A stretch of 64,000 nucleotides of DNA from Octopus sinensis (taxonomy: Eukaryota). Numbering within the stretch: the first letter of the stretch is position 1; each line of letters opens with the position of its first letter. Of the stretch, positions 24,375-36,584 are shown in pieces. Both the position numbers and the translations under genes were made by a program. The notes beneath the pieces are model-generated. The model did no database searches and had not been told where the DNA came from. It worked only from the letters and a program-made list of their open reading frames with translations. The stretch covers positions 17,608,001 to 17,672,000 of the forward strand of contig NC_043003.1 in assembly GCF_006345805.1 (NCBI RefSeq), given 5' to 3'.

Positions 24375-24545
24375 TCAAAATACAGGAGTAGAAAAACAGC
24401 TGACAACTGATGAAGGGTTATTCTTTATGTTGTTAGTCTTGTTTTTCATTTGAGTCTTTCGTTGTTCGAAAAAACTGTTCATATTCCATGTACTCGTTCT
24501 TCGTATTTTTTGTTGTTTATGTTTTGTGACATCCTGTGCCCATAT
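24375..24545. mobile_element. Short AT-rich repeat adjoining (TA)n, possibly Penelope-derived
   Basis: acccttcatcagttgtcagctg end on the minus strand; family assignment is inference. Confidence 0.35.
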
Positions 24546-24604
24546 ATATATATATATATATATATATGTATAGATATAAGTATGTACATATACGTATGTA
24601 TATA

Positions 24605-24696
<92 letters not shown>

Positions 24697-24700
24697 TATA

Positions 24701-25001
24701 CATATACGTTTAAATATTTGTTGTGCAAGATTTTTTATGTGAAGTCGTGTGTTGAAACGGATATTGTTATATTTCGGAATGGTCATATTGCCAGTTTAGC
24801 CAATGATGCAGTCACAGGAGTGTGACGAAAGAACTCTGGCCGAAATAAGATTAAGATTAATGTAAAAAATAAATATCACTGAAGCAAAATAACACCAAAT
24901 ATAGTGCGTGTGTTTTTATTGGCTAAACTGGCAATATGACCATTCCGAAATATAACAATATATACATATATATATATACATATATATACATATATATATA
25001 T

Positions 25002-25069
<68 letters not shown>

Positions 25070-25384
25070 CATATATATACATATACGTTTAAATATTTGT
25101 TGTGCAAGATTTTTTATGTGAAGTCGTGTGTTGAAACGGATATTGTTATATTTCGGAATGGTCATATTGCCAGTTTAGCCAATGATGCAGTCACAGGAGT
25201 GTGACGAAAGAACTCTGGCCGAAATAAGATTAAGATTAATGTAAAAAATAAATATCACTGAAGCAAAATAACACCAAATATATAGTGCGTGTGTTTTTAT
25301 TGGCTAAACTGGCAATATGACCATTCCGAAATATAACAATATATACATATATATATATACATATATATACATATATATATATAT

Positions 25385-25440
<56 letters not shown>
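24701..25440. repeat. Tandem duplication (~380-bp period) of a fold-back element between (TA)n tracts
   Basis: 44-bp inverted arms 24761-24804 / 24918-24961; whole unit repeated at about 25080-25341. Confidence 0.8.
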
Positions 25441-25453
<13 letters not shown>

Positions 25454-25577
25454 AATATATATATGTATGCATATATATATGTATGCACATATATATATAT
25501 GCTGAAATGTTCTTTATAAAATTATTTTAGCATTTTCTATTTTGACTTGTTTTTTCATATATACATATATATATATA

Positions 25578-26010
25578 TGACATGTAAAAGCACCATCCGT
25601 TCGTAGCCGTTTGCCAGCCCTGTCTGGCTCCCATGTCGGTGACATGTAAAAGCACCATCCGTTCGTGTCTGTTGCCAGCCTCGCCTGGCCCCCGTGCCGG
25701 TGACACGTAAAAGCACCATCCGTTCGTGGCCGTTTGCCAGCCCTGTCTGGCCCCCGTGTCGGTGGCATGTAAAAGCACCATCCATCCGTGTCCGTTGCCA
25801 GCCTCGCCTGGCCCCTGTGCCGGTGACACGTAAAAGCACCATCCGTTTCGTGGCCGTTTGCCAGCTCTGTCTGGCCCCCATGTTGGTGGCACGTAAAAGC
25901 ACCATCTGTTCGTGTCCGTTGCCAGCCTCGCCTGGCCCCGTGCCGGTGACACCTAAAAGCACCATCCGTTCGTGGCCGTTTGCCAGCTCTGTCTGGCACC
26001 TGTGCGGGTG
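25578..26010 (+). repeat. Seven ~62-bp units alternating A/B within an RTE-type 3' UTR
   Basis: Units start near 25578, 25640, 25701, 25763, 25824, 25887, 25947; A = gtggccgtttgccagc(c/t)ctgtctgg, B = gtgtccgttgccagcctcgcctgg. Confidence 0.9.
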
Positions 26011-26200
26011 GCACGTAAAAAGCACCCACTACACTCACGGAGTGGTTGGCGTTAGGAAGGGCATCCAGCCGTAGAAACACTGCCAGATCTGACTAGGCCT
26101 GATGAAGCCTTCCAGCTTCACAGACCCCAGTTGAACTGTCCAACCCATGCTAGCATGGAGAACGGACGCTAAATGATGATGATGATGATGATGATGATGA
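26010..26200 (+). mobile_element. RTE-type LINE 3' tail
   Basis: ggcgttaggaagggcatccagccgtagaaac ... gcatggagaacggacgctaaa(tga)n. Confidence 0.8.
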
Positions 26201-26419
26201 TATATATTATTTATATGATATATATATATATATAGTAATAATGACAATAAAAATTGTTGGATGGAATTTATGAACCTTTAATGCATTACTATGTGCATTT
26301 CCACAAACCAAATGTCTCTGGAAATGCACATAGCACTGTGTTAAATGTTTGTAAGTTCCACGGCTCAGTGGTTAGAGTGTCGAGCTTATGATCGTGAGGT
26401 TGTGAGTTCTTGCAAGACA

Positions 26420-26660
26420 AGTGAGAATAATGTGGTCAATTTTCAGTTTAAGCATCTGAAGGTTGGTATCTTTAAGGAAAATGAAAGAGAGGAAAAAGCG
26501 GGGTGGGAGAGAGTTGAGAAGTCTGCTATCCCAGGTTGGAGGTATGCAAAGTGAGGCACTGTAAGGATAACAGCTGGAGGAATAATGGTTTGGGTAAGCG
26601 GGTCTAAGTTAAGGGAAAAGGTTATGCAGACAGCATACTTCAGATGAACAGAAGCAAAGA
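26420..26660 (-). mobile_element. Degenerate CR1/Jockey-type LINE C-terminal fragment
   Basis: Minus frame SRLLNSLPP...NLQMLKLKID resembles the RT C-terminal WNxLP motif. Confidence 0.35.
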
Positions 26661-26664
26661 ATTG

Positions 26665-27083
26665 AAGGTGGCGAGCTGGCAGAAACATTAGCATGCCAGA
26701 CGAAATGCTCAGCAGTATTTCGTCTGCCTTTACGTTCTGAGTTCAAATTCCGCTGAGGTCGACTTTACCTTTCATCCTTTTGGGGTCGATAAATCAATTA
26801 CCAGTTACGCACTGGGGTCGATATAATCAACTTAATTCGTTTGTCTGTCCTTGTTTGTCTTCTCAGTGTTTAGCCCCTTGTGGATAGTAAAGAAATAGAT
26901 ATTTCGTCTGCCTTTACATTCTGAGTTCAAATTCCAACCGAGGTCGACTTTGCCTTTCATCCTTTTTGGGGTTGATAAATTAATTACCAGTTATGCACCG
27001 GGGTCGATATAATCGACTTAATCCCTTTATCTGTCCTTGTTTGTCCCCTCTGTGTGTAGCCCCTTGTGGGCAGTAAAGAAATA
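26665..27083 (+). mobile_element. SINE-A dimer
   Basis: 15-bp TSD agaagcaaagaattg at 26650-26664 and 27084-27098. Confidence 0.85.
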
Positions 27084-27603
27084 AGAAGCAAAGAATTGTT
27101 TAAAAGTACATGCATCTACATATGCTGGAATCCAAACAAATATACAAATAAAAACAAAAGAAGAAGGAAAAGAGAGAATAAAAAGAAGAAAATGAATATA
27201 TTCTCCAAGAGATTTATGAGTTTGCTTCCTCAGAAATGCACGAAAGTCAAGCTTTACAATTTGATTGACAAGCTTAAGAGATTTAATATTTGTCAGAGGC
27301 AACTTGTTTCTCCTCAATCAAAGTCTAAAAGCTGATCGTTGGTATTTCTGTGCGATCAGCACATGGTCTTTTATCTTTTATTTTTTATCGTTTATCTTTT
27401 ACTTGTTCCGGTCATTAGACTGTGGCCATGCTGGGGCACTGTCTTGCGAAGAAATTTTAGTCGAAAGAATCACCCATGGAACTTGTTTTTCTTCTTCTAA
27501 TAAGCCTGGTACTTGTTCCATCGTTCTCTTTTGCCGAATTGTGTAAACACACCAATACCAGTTGTCAGGCAGTGGTCGGGGACAAACATGCACACACACA
27601 CAT

Positions 27604-27643
<40 letters not shown>

Positions 27644-27746
27644 GCACACACATACACACACACACACACACACACTCATATATCATCATGAAAGCATTCA
27701 TTTTCCATGTTGGTATGGGTTGGACAAATGTATGTGCGTATGCGTG

Positions 27747-27781
<35 letters not shown>

Positions 27782-28009
27782 CGAGCAAAACGCACCCCTG
27801 TCTAATGGATGGTGTTGAGTTGTCAAACATTTAAATGAAATTTTCTCAAAACAACTTGTCCGACCATCCCATAGGACACCTCTTTGAGAAACACTGATTT
27901 AACCTAAATTTGAGACACCAGCAAAAGAAGAAATAAAGATAGACTTTTTTTCTATTCCAAAGAAAAACGATTTTATTCACACAAATATACAAACGAAGAG
28001 CTTAAGGTA

Positions 28010-28240
28010 CTAGTATGTACATTGCAACAGCTGATGTACTTGCGCATACAAATGCACGTTCCCACGGCTTTATCGATCGCATTCTCACCTGAAATCGATT
28101 TTTGTAATATTTTCAAGACTTATACACGCCCTGATATCGTCGGTATCTACATATCAAATTTGAGCACAATCAGATGGAGGATGCTCGAAATTCTAGAAGA
28201 CGCACACACAGACAGACAGAACGGATTTTATATAATAGAT
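28010..28240 (-). mobile_element. Non-autonomous Helitron-like element
   Basis: Minus 5' atctattatataaaatccgttctgtctgtctg, caaatttgatatgtag motif, ends CTAG. Confidence 0.5.
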
Positions 28241-28474
28241 ATAAGTAAGTAAAAGAGTAAAGAGTATATGTATGTATGTATGTATAAATATATAAATGTG
28301 TGTGTGTGTGTGTGTATGCCGCAGAACCTCCCAAAACTAGATACCATTATCTAAGTGTCATCCAAGCCTAATAAGGTTATCTTTGACGTAAATCAACTAA
28401 TATCAATATAAATAATCGGTATTAACCAGGAATTCACAAACACTTTCAACATTACAAGAAGAAGGACAACTCAG

Positions 28475-28517
<43 letters not shown>

Positions 28518-28564
28518 TATGTTTGTGGTGGTGATGGTGATGATGATGACGACACTACATGAAG

Positions 28565-28850
28565 TGAGAAAGGCACGAGTTCATCCATTATCGCCATTTC
28601 ACTGATAACCTGAGCTTGTATGCTGTGAACAGATGCCAGCTTGCGAGTTTGCTGAACACCATCAAACAGTTTAGCAGAAGATTTTAAGATGTCCTTTCGA
28701 CAGAAGAAATGCCAATAAAATGGCAATAAAATGAAGCTGATTGACCCTTGAAGCATATAATACGGAACCTCAGAGAAGGTTTTATGGGAGCTGGATAGTT
28801 CTGTGCTCTCTAGATGATTTAATGGAGATTCTGCATATGCAAGCTTCACA
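28565..28850 (+). mobile_element. Degenerate RT fragment of an RLE-type (R4/Dong-like) LINE
   Basis: FIHYRHFTDNLSLYAVNRCQLASLLNTIKQFS then frameshifted EDFKMSFRQKKC, resembling HLLFMDDLKLY...FSxDIxMxFGxxKC. Confidence 0.55.
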
Positions 28851-28866
28851 AACAACGATGGAAATT

Positions 28867-29037
28867 AAATACTGTAAATCCTCGAGTATAGTCTGCCCTT
28901 GAGTATAATACACAGGGGATTTTTAGGGGGCTGTACCTCTGAAAAACCTAAACTTTGTGTATAATACGCACCCCTTCTCTAACTTGAGTCGAGGAGGGCT
29001 ATATAACGTCTTTGGTTTGTAAAAAATGTATACGGTA
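28867..29037. mobile_element. pogo/Tigger-like MITE remnant
   Basis: tactgtaaatcctcgagtata ... tatacggta termini. Confidence 0.4.
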
Positions 29038-29149
29038 ACATCCTTTATTATTATTGTATATATATAACATAATGCAAATGTGTAGCATTTTTGTGCATTT
29101 TGTTTGCACACACATACACAAACACACAAACACACAGACGCACAAACAC

Positions 29150-29309
29150 ACAAATTGACCCATTACTTATTCTATCAGCCGTTTTTGCTGAACTCTGAAG
29201 TCATGGGGACATAAACATACCAACAGCAACAGCTGTCAATTGCTTGCAGAAACAAACATAGACAGACTCATACAGATGCACATACACACACACACACACA
29301 TAGACACAC

Positions 29310-29362
<53 letters not shown>

Positions 29363-29540
29363 CACACACACTAACACATGCGGCACAGATTTTACATCTA
29401 CCAAATTCACTCACAAGGCAATGGTCAGCCTGAGACTATAGTAGAAAACATCCGTTCACGCTATCATGCAGTGGGACTGAACTCAAAGCTACATGGTTAC
29501 ATGGCTACAAAGTATGCTTCTTAACCATGCAGCCACTGTA
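29150..29540 (-). mobile_element. Diverged SINE-B with expanded (CA)n
   Basis: cttattctatcagcc ... gcagtgggactgaactc. Confidence 0.65.
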
Positions 29541-30130
29541 AAAATATTATGGCACTTATTGTATACAGACAGGCCACACATGGCAGGCAGTAGACACGAC
29601 ATCATTATCTTTGGTAAAAATGGAAATAGAACATTAAAATTATCGACACAGTAAATACCAAATGACTAAAACACTGCACAGAAACAAGCTGCAGGAATAA
29701 GCGAGAAAGCTAAGTAATAACACTAACCTGACTGTTGGACTGAAAGCATTATTGCAGTTAATGAATGTATCTGTCATCTTATGTGTAGTTGGCACCACCA
29801 CCGGAGTGATACACAAACCATTAATGTCAGGGCATTGACAAATAAACAGACGAAAAATACTTGGGCATAACAATGTTATCGTTGATAACATTATCAGAGC
29901 ATTCTGACAGCATTTGTTTGCTTGAACATTTTTTTTTATTAACCCTGAATATTTCTATACTTGTTTTTCTGTTAAACAAAAATCTTTTGTTAACCTTACA
30001 TGCATCTATGCATGTTCTCCAATTCTTGTTCCAAGACAAGACATAATTGAAAACGAGTAATAATAATGATGATAATGATGAAGATGATAATAATAATAAT
30101 AATAATAATAATAATATAATAATAATAATG

Positions 30131-30164
<34 letters not shown>

Positions 30165-30166
<2 letters not shown>

Positions 30167-30691
30167 TCTTGGTATAAAAGATGGGCTACATGTCTTGGTA
30201 TAAAAGATGGGCTAATGTCTTGGTATAAAAGATGGGCTACAGCAAATATTCTGCTCAATACCACAGATTTGCTTGTCAGTTGTTTGACCTTAACCAGTTG
30301 AGCATGTCCCTTAGTGGCTGACGATATGTGCATCTCTGATCACAAGCAGAAGTAGTGGGGGAGCATCATAGCCATGTGTTGAGAGGGAGTCTTTGGGGTT
30401 TGAATAATTCACCTCTGGAAACATGGGTGGTTCTTTCAACATCCTTAAACAACCCTTATTCAGGGACCTTTTGAGCGGGATGGGCTACTCAACCTGAAGA
30501 AAATTCTAACTGGGCCCCACCTGCAAGGTCATGTGCTGTTTATCTTGATATGAGATCACCATGTCGCGCACATATGGTTGTGATGCATGTGCCTGGTGTA
30601 CCTTTATCAGACGGGTAGTCATGATGGGTATATTGGGCTTCGTATATTTTACCCCAGTGTCACTTTGATGGCATGCACTGCTCTCTCACTC
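30165..30691 (+). mobile_element. Family D (AAT)n-associated element, 5'-truncated
   Basis: Starts with a triplicated tgtcttggtataaaagatgggcta; ends ctctctcactc(aat)n. Confidence 0.8.
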
Positions 30692-30729
<38 letters not shown>

Positions 30730-30743
30730 TGATAATAATAATA

Positions 30744-30789
<46 letters not shown>

Positions 30790-30816
30790 TAATAATAATA
30801 ATAATAATAATAATAA

Positions 30817-31346
30817 ATGCCCTGATGCAGTACCAGACAGTGGCTCTCATGGCTTCTGATCTTAACCGATTGGAAGTGTTATCATGTACATTGTTTTGTC
30901 TTGGTATAAAAGATGGACTACAGCAAATATTCTGCTCAATACCACAGATTTGTTTGTCAGTTGTTTGACCGTAACCAGTTGACCATGTCCCTATGTGGCT
31001 GATGCTATGTGCATCTCTGATCATGAGCAGAAGTAGTGAGGGAGCATCATAGCCGTGTGTTGAAAGGAATTCTTGGAGGTTTGGCTAATTCACCTTTGGA
31101 AACATGGGTCTTTCATTCAACATCCTTAAACAATCTTTATTCAGGGATCTTTTGAGTGGGATGGGCTACTCAACCAGAAGAAAATTCTAACTGGGCTCCA
31201 CCTGCAAGGTCATGCGCTGTTTATCTTCATATGAGATCACCATGTCATGCACATATGGTTGTGATGCATGTGCCTAGTGTACCCTTATCAGACGGGTAGT
31301 CATGATGGGTATACTGGGCTTCGTATATTTTACCCCCTTGTCACTC
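30817..31346 (+). mobile_element. Family D element
   Basis: (aat)n-atgccctgatgcagtacc ... tcactc-(aat)n; small deletion between tcact repeats. Confidence 0.8.
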
Positions 31347-31378
<32 letters not shown>

Positions 31379-31419
31379 TATCAACAATAACAATAATAAT
31401 AATGATGATGATGTTGATC

Positions 31420-31737
31420 ATCATCATCATCATCATCATTTAGCATCCGCTTTCCATGCTAGCATGGGGTGGACAGTTCAACTGGAGTCCGGGAAGCCAG
31501 AAGGCTGCACTGGGCCCAGTCTGATCTGGCAATGTTTCTATGGCTGGATGCCCTTCCTAACGCCAACCACTCCATGAGTGTAGTGGGTGCTTTTTACGTG
31601 CCACCAGCACAGGTGCCAGATGGGGCTGGCAAACGGCCATGGTCAGATGGTGCTTTTTATGTGCCACCGGCACGGAAGCCAGGCGAGGCTGGAAACGGCC
31701 ACGATCGGATGGTGCTTTTTACGTGCCACCGGCACGG
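31420..31737 (-). mobile_element. RTE-type LINE 3' UTR with repeat units
   Basis: Same family as 25578-26200. Confidence 0.75.
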
Positions 31738-31781
<44 letters not shown>

Positions 31782-31832
31782 TATAACAATAACAATAATA
31801 ATAATGATGAAGATGATGATGATGATGATGAC

Positions 31833-31873
<41 letters not shown>

Positions 31874-32319
31874 TAAAGAAAACAATGATGACAAACAAAA
31901 AAGCAACAACAATGATTGGCATTCGTTGAGCCCTTGTGTTAATAGTTCCATTTCCTTCTTGGTTCTCATTGCAACAGCAATTGAACTGAGAATATTTCAA
32001 AAGCATTTCTCATTTCCTGTCTCCAATCAACTCATTGATAACAGAACACTTGTTTAACAGTAATATATTTCCTTCATGGTGTTACTTTGTAATGGAATGA
32101 TGTAGTTGTGACTATATAACAAGGGCAATTAATAATTTTCGCAGGATACACTATAAACATGCAATGCCATGAAATAGCTGAACCTAAACTAAGACTGTTA
32201 ATTAATGATAATTTTCAGAAGAAATTGTATGAGGAAAATGCAAATACATGGTAATGTCAAAATCAATGGGATGTCCAGATCTGGAGAGACTATAGATTCA
32301 GTGTGAATTGTGTTTCATT

Positions 32320-32700
32320 ACTCTTTTACTTGTTTCAGTGATTTGACTGCGGCCATGCTGGAGCACCGCCTTTAGTCGAGCAAATCGACCCCAGGACTTA
32401 TTCTTTGTAAGCCTAGTACTTATTCTATCGGTCTTTTTTGCTGAACCGCTAAGTTATGGGGATGTAAACACACCAGCATCGGTTGTCAAGCGATGTTGGG
32501 GGGGCAAACACAGACACACAAACACCCACATATATATACATAAACATATATATGACAGGCTTCTTTCAGTTTCCGTCTACCAAATCTCACAAGGCTTTGG
32601 TCGGCCTGAGGCTATAGTAGAAGACATTTGCCCAAGGTACCACACAGTGGGACTGAACTCGGAACCATGTGGTTGGTAAGCAAGCTACTTACCACACAGC
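32320..32700 (-). mobile_element. SINE-B
   Basis: Near-consensus reverse complement. Confidence 0.85.
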
Positions 32701-32704
32701 ATTG

Positions 32705-33872
32705 TTTAATAAAACCAAATGAGATAGATTATAAGTCAGAGCAAAATTTTTAGATATTTCCAATTCTTAACATCTTATATTAATTAATTTATTCATTTAT
32801 CTATTTATTCATCTAAAAAATTTGTAAGGAGCTAGAAACTGAAGATGGAAACATATTACCAGTATCAAAGCATAAAATGCATTCTAAACACTCTGAAATT
32901 ATCAGAACACCTGAATTTATCCAGCAAGTTCAACAGACCATTGATTACAATCCCAGAAAATCCATGAGGTCAATTGCAAAATATCTCCATGTGTCAGAAG
33001 GAACAGTCAGAAATGTTGTCCACAAAGACATCAGATATAAGTGTTATATGATGAGGAAAGGTCAATTTGTCAGAAAAAGCAAAAGAAAATCACTACATCA
33101 GATCTAAAAGACTCTTAAACAAACTGAAAAATGCAGCAGAAGAAGATTTGATTTGGTTTTTCTCAAGCGAGAAAAACTTCAACCATGATCAAAAAGTTAA
33201 CAGAAGAAATGACAGATGGTTATGTGCAGACCCTTCTAAAGTTCCAAGTGTTATGTATACAAAATTTCCTTCAACTGTCATGGTTTTAGGGGTTGTCAGT
33301 GATGAAGGACATGTGATGTCTCCTTAATTCTTTCCACAAGGCCTTAGAGTTAACTCTGCCGCCTACATTGAGGTCCTGGAAATAATTATTAAGTCCTGGA
33401 TAGACAGTGTATGCAATGGAAGGCCATATATATTTCAGTAAGACTCTGCACTATCACACATGGCTCTAGTAACACAGGAATGGATGGCTGAAAATTTTCA
33501 TGGTCACATAACCCCTAACATTTGGCCTCCTAATCTCCAGATCTCTATCCATTGGACTACTACATATGGTGTGTTGCTGAGAGAGAGAAAGAGAGGTCAA
33601 TGTACACACCCATAACACCAAAGATTCTTTGAAAGCTGCCATAGTCTCAGAATAATATCCAAAATGAACCAGAACCTCTTGATTCAAGCATATAGATGAT
33701 TTAGATCTCATATAGAAGCAGTTGTTGAAGCTGAAGGTGGCTTTATTGAATAACATTATAGAAAAGAAGGTTTCTTTTTATCCTCATAGCATTTTTGATA
33801 AATATGGTTATTATCTATAATTATATATCTGTTTTTTACAAACATAAATCTGTCCTGAAATATTTTATGCCC

Positions 33873-33875
<3 letters not shown>
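32705..33875 (+). mobile_element. Degenerate maT-like (DD37D) transposon, second subfamily
   Basis: WFFSSEKNF, VMVLGVVSDEGHVM, DSA...WPPN-PDLYPLDY; ends atgcccctg|ta. Confidence 0.8.
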
Positions 33876-33912
<37 letters not shown>

Positions 33913-34120
33913 CTTTATTTAAAAGCAGCAGAAATGTAACAAAAGCTGTTACTCGGAGTTTCACGTTGTTTGTTAAACAAAACTGTCCGACGAACGGGAA
34001 CGTGAAACTCCGAGTAACAGCTTTTGTTACATTTCTGCTGCTTTTAAATAAAGCATATTACTCTACCTCTGGTATTTGAGTACTCTTTTTCCACCTTGTT
34101 CACATTTATGTGTTTACTCC

Positions 34121-34125
<5 letters not shown>
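33913..34125. mobile_element. Penelope-like fold-back element in (TA)n
   Basis: 55-bp inverted arms 33913-33967 / 33999-34053; homologous to 11685-11925. Confidence 0.75.
33979..34025 (+). ncRNA. Minimal type-I hammerhead motif with a U4C core change
   Basis: aaaaCTGT CCGACGA acg-ggaa-cgt GAAA ctc-c-gag TA ACAG ctttt; all three helices intact. Confidence 0.6.
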
Positions 34126-34156
<31 letters not shown>

Positions 34157-34202
34157 CATGCCAGCATGGAAGGTGTATGTTAAATGATGATGATATTTAT
34201 AC

Positions 34203-34417
34203 ATGAAGGGTGCTGAAAAATTCTTGACTTTAAAGGTATCATGAAAGTCCTGGCTGGAGGCCCAGCCTTCCAAGTTCTTTTACAGGGCTTAGAAAAACTG
34301 AAGGAATGCAACAATAAGTGTGAGAATCCAAGAGGGGATTTATGTTGAATAAAATCGTAATTAACTGATCCTTCCGAATTTTCTTTTACCCAAAGATTTA
34401 AATTTTTCAGCACCCCA
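34203..34417. mobile_element. ~210-bp mariner-derived MITE (further copies 38750-38890, 38956-39175, 51536-51757, 52029-52205)
   Basis: TIR gggtgctgaaaa ... ttttcagcaccc; interior encodes mariner C-terminal KLKDRCNKCVDLREEYVE in the 38750 copy. Confidence 0.7.
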
Positions 34418-34435
34418 TTGCATGCATGTGTGTGA

Positions 34436-34466
<31 letters not shown>

Positions 34467-34947
34467 CATGTGTATCTATACATCTATCATTTGTGTTTGT
34501 TTCCCACCATTTCTTTACAACCAGTATTGGTTTGTTTGCATCCCTATAACTCAAGCAGTTCAGCAAAGGCGACTGGTAAAATAAGTCACCAGGTTTAAAA
34601 AGGGGAAAAAAGTACTGGGATCGATTTGTTCAACAAAACCCTACAAAACCCTGCACCAGCATGGCCACAGTCCATTGACTGAAACAAGTTAATAGATAAT
34701 CTCAGCGAAATCTTCGCCATCCAAACCCATTACTGTGTTCATTATATACACAAACAACTCTATTTACAGCTGAGACACATTTGTGTATTTGGACTTGTAA
34801 TCAAGTACTTTTAACATTATTTTCCCATTATGCTACCATGGCAACTTCCATATCATTTGTCCACCTATACATTCTTTTTTCCAGCTATCAACTGAGATAT
34901 CAAGGGACTATAGAAGCATTCTGTGCATATATATATCGGTGTATATA

Positions 34948-35011
<64 letters not shown>

Positions 35012-35015
<4 letters not shown>

Positions 35016-35180
35016 TGTGTATATATATATATTTATATTGAATTGCTAGCATTACACCTCACCACGTGGGGATAATCGAAATTCCTCCCATTTTGTTGCT
35101 ATATCTATCTATCAATCTATCTATCTATCTATCTATCCATTTATCTATATATATATATGCATGTACATATATGTATATAC

Positions 35181-35221
<41 letters not shown>

Positions 35222-35502
35222 TGTGGGGGGTGTATATGTATGTATATATACATATATAAATATATTGATATAGATAGGTAGATAGATAGATAGATAGATA
35301 GATAGGAAAATAGATGGAGAAGTAAAGGTATATCAGTATAAACGTACACATATTCACATGCATAAATGCATGTGGGTATACACATATATGTGTGTGGGTG
35401 TGTTTGTGTATGTATGTATATATATAGATAGATAGATGGATAGGTAGAGATATATTTACACATATTCACATGCATAAATGCATGAGTATATATATATATA
35501 TG

Positions 35503-35539
<37 letters not shown>

Positions 35540-36049
35540 TATTATATATATATAATATATATATATAATATATATATTGGTGTGTATATATATATATTAT
35601 ATTGAATTGCTAGCATTACACCTCACCACGTGGGGATAATCGAAATTCCTCCCATTTTGTTGCTATATCTATCTATCAATCTATCTATCTATCTATCTAT
35701 CCATTTATCTATATATATATATGCATGTACATATATGTATATACATATATATTATATATATTATATATATATAACATATATATATGTGGGGGGTGTATAT
35801 GTATGTATATATACATATATAAATATATTGATATAGATAGGTAGATAGATAGATAGATAGATAGATAGGAAAATAGATGGAGAAGTAAAGGTATATCAGT
35901 ATAAACGTACACATATTCACATGCATAAATGCATGTGGGTATACACATATATGTGTGTGGGTGTGTTTGTGTATGTATGTATATATATAGATAGATAGAT
36001 GGATAGGTAGAGATATATTTACACATATTCACATGCATAAATGCATGAG

Positions 36050-36060
<11 letters not shown>
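35012..36060. repeat. Tandem duplication with ~566-bp period bounded by (TA)n
   Basis: tgaattgctagcattacacctcaccacgtgggg ... gcataaatgcatgag present twice. Confidence 0.85.
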
Positions 36061-36124
<64 letters not shown>

Positions 36125-36584
36125 ATCGCATGCACATACAGAAATTGTAATATGGAAAACAATTAGGAAATATGATGTGCGATTATTGCATAAACAGCTT
36201 ATTGTGCTGTGTGTCTAATGTGTCATCAATGTCATGTAACATATGTATTGAATAGCTCATGTGTCTATTGGGGTACTTATGTGTTCACGGTAAGAATCAT
36301 TATTATTTACAGCTCACAATATTTCTAACAGGAATATCAGAAATTTGATCTCTTATAACGTTTATCTGTCAGTCACAATGAGCTAATCAAATTAACACAC
36401 ACACACGTATGTATGTGTGCATGCATGTGTGTATATATATATATATATATACATATATTTAGATATAGACAGATACATAGATACATACATACATACATAC
36501 ATAAATACATACACACATACATTTATATACACACCTACATGTATGTATGTATGTATGTACCTATCTATCTATCTATATCATCAT

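Noticed and set aside
24385-24430. aaacagctgacaaCTGATGAaggg as a hammerhead
   Set aside because: The GAAAC-like half precedes CTGATGA with too little sequence for helix I, and no UH site follows.
25578-26010. Regular repeat array as CRISPR
   Set aside because: No unique spacers; contiguous units inside a eukaryotic LINE UTR; no cas genes.
28403-28855. 150-aa minus-strand ORF as a gene
   Set aside because: It is the antisense of a decayed RT fragment and runs through a (TA)n.
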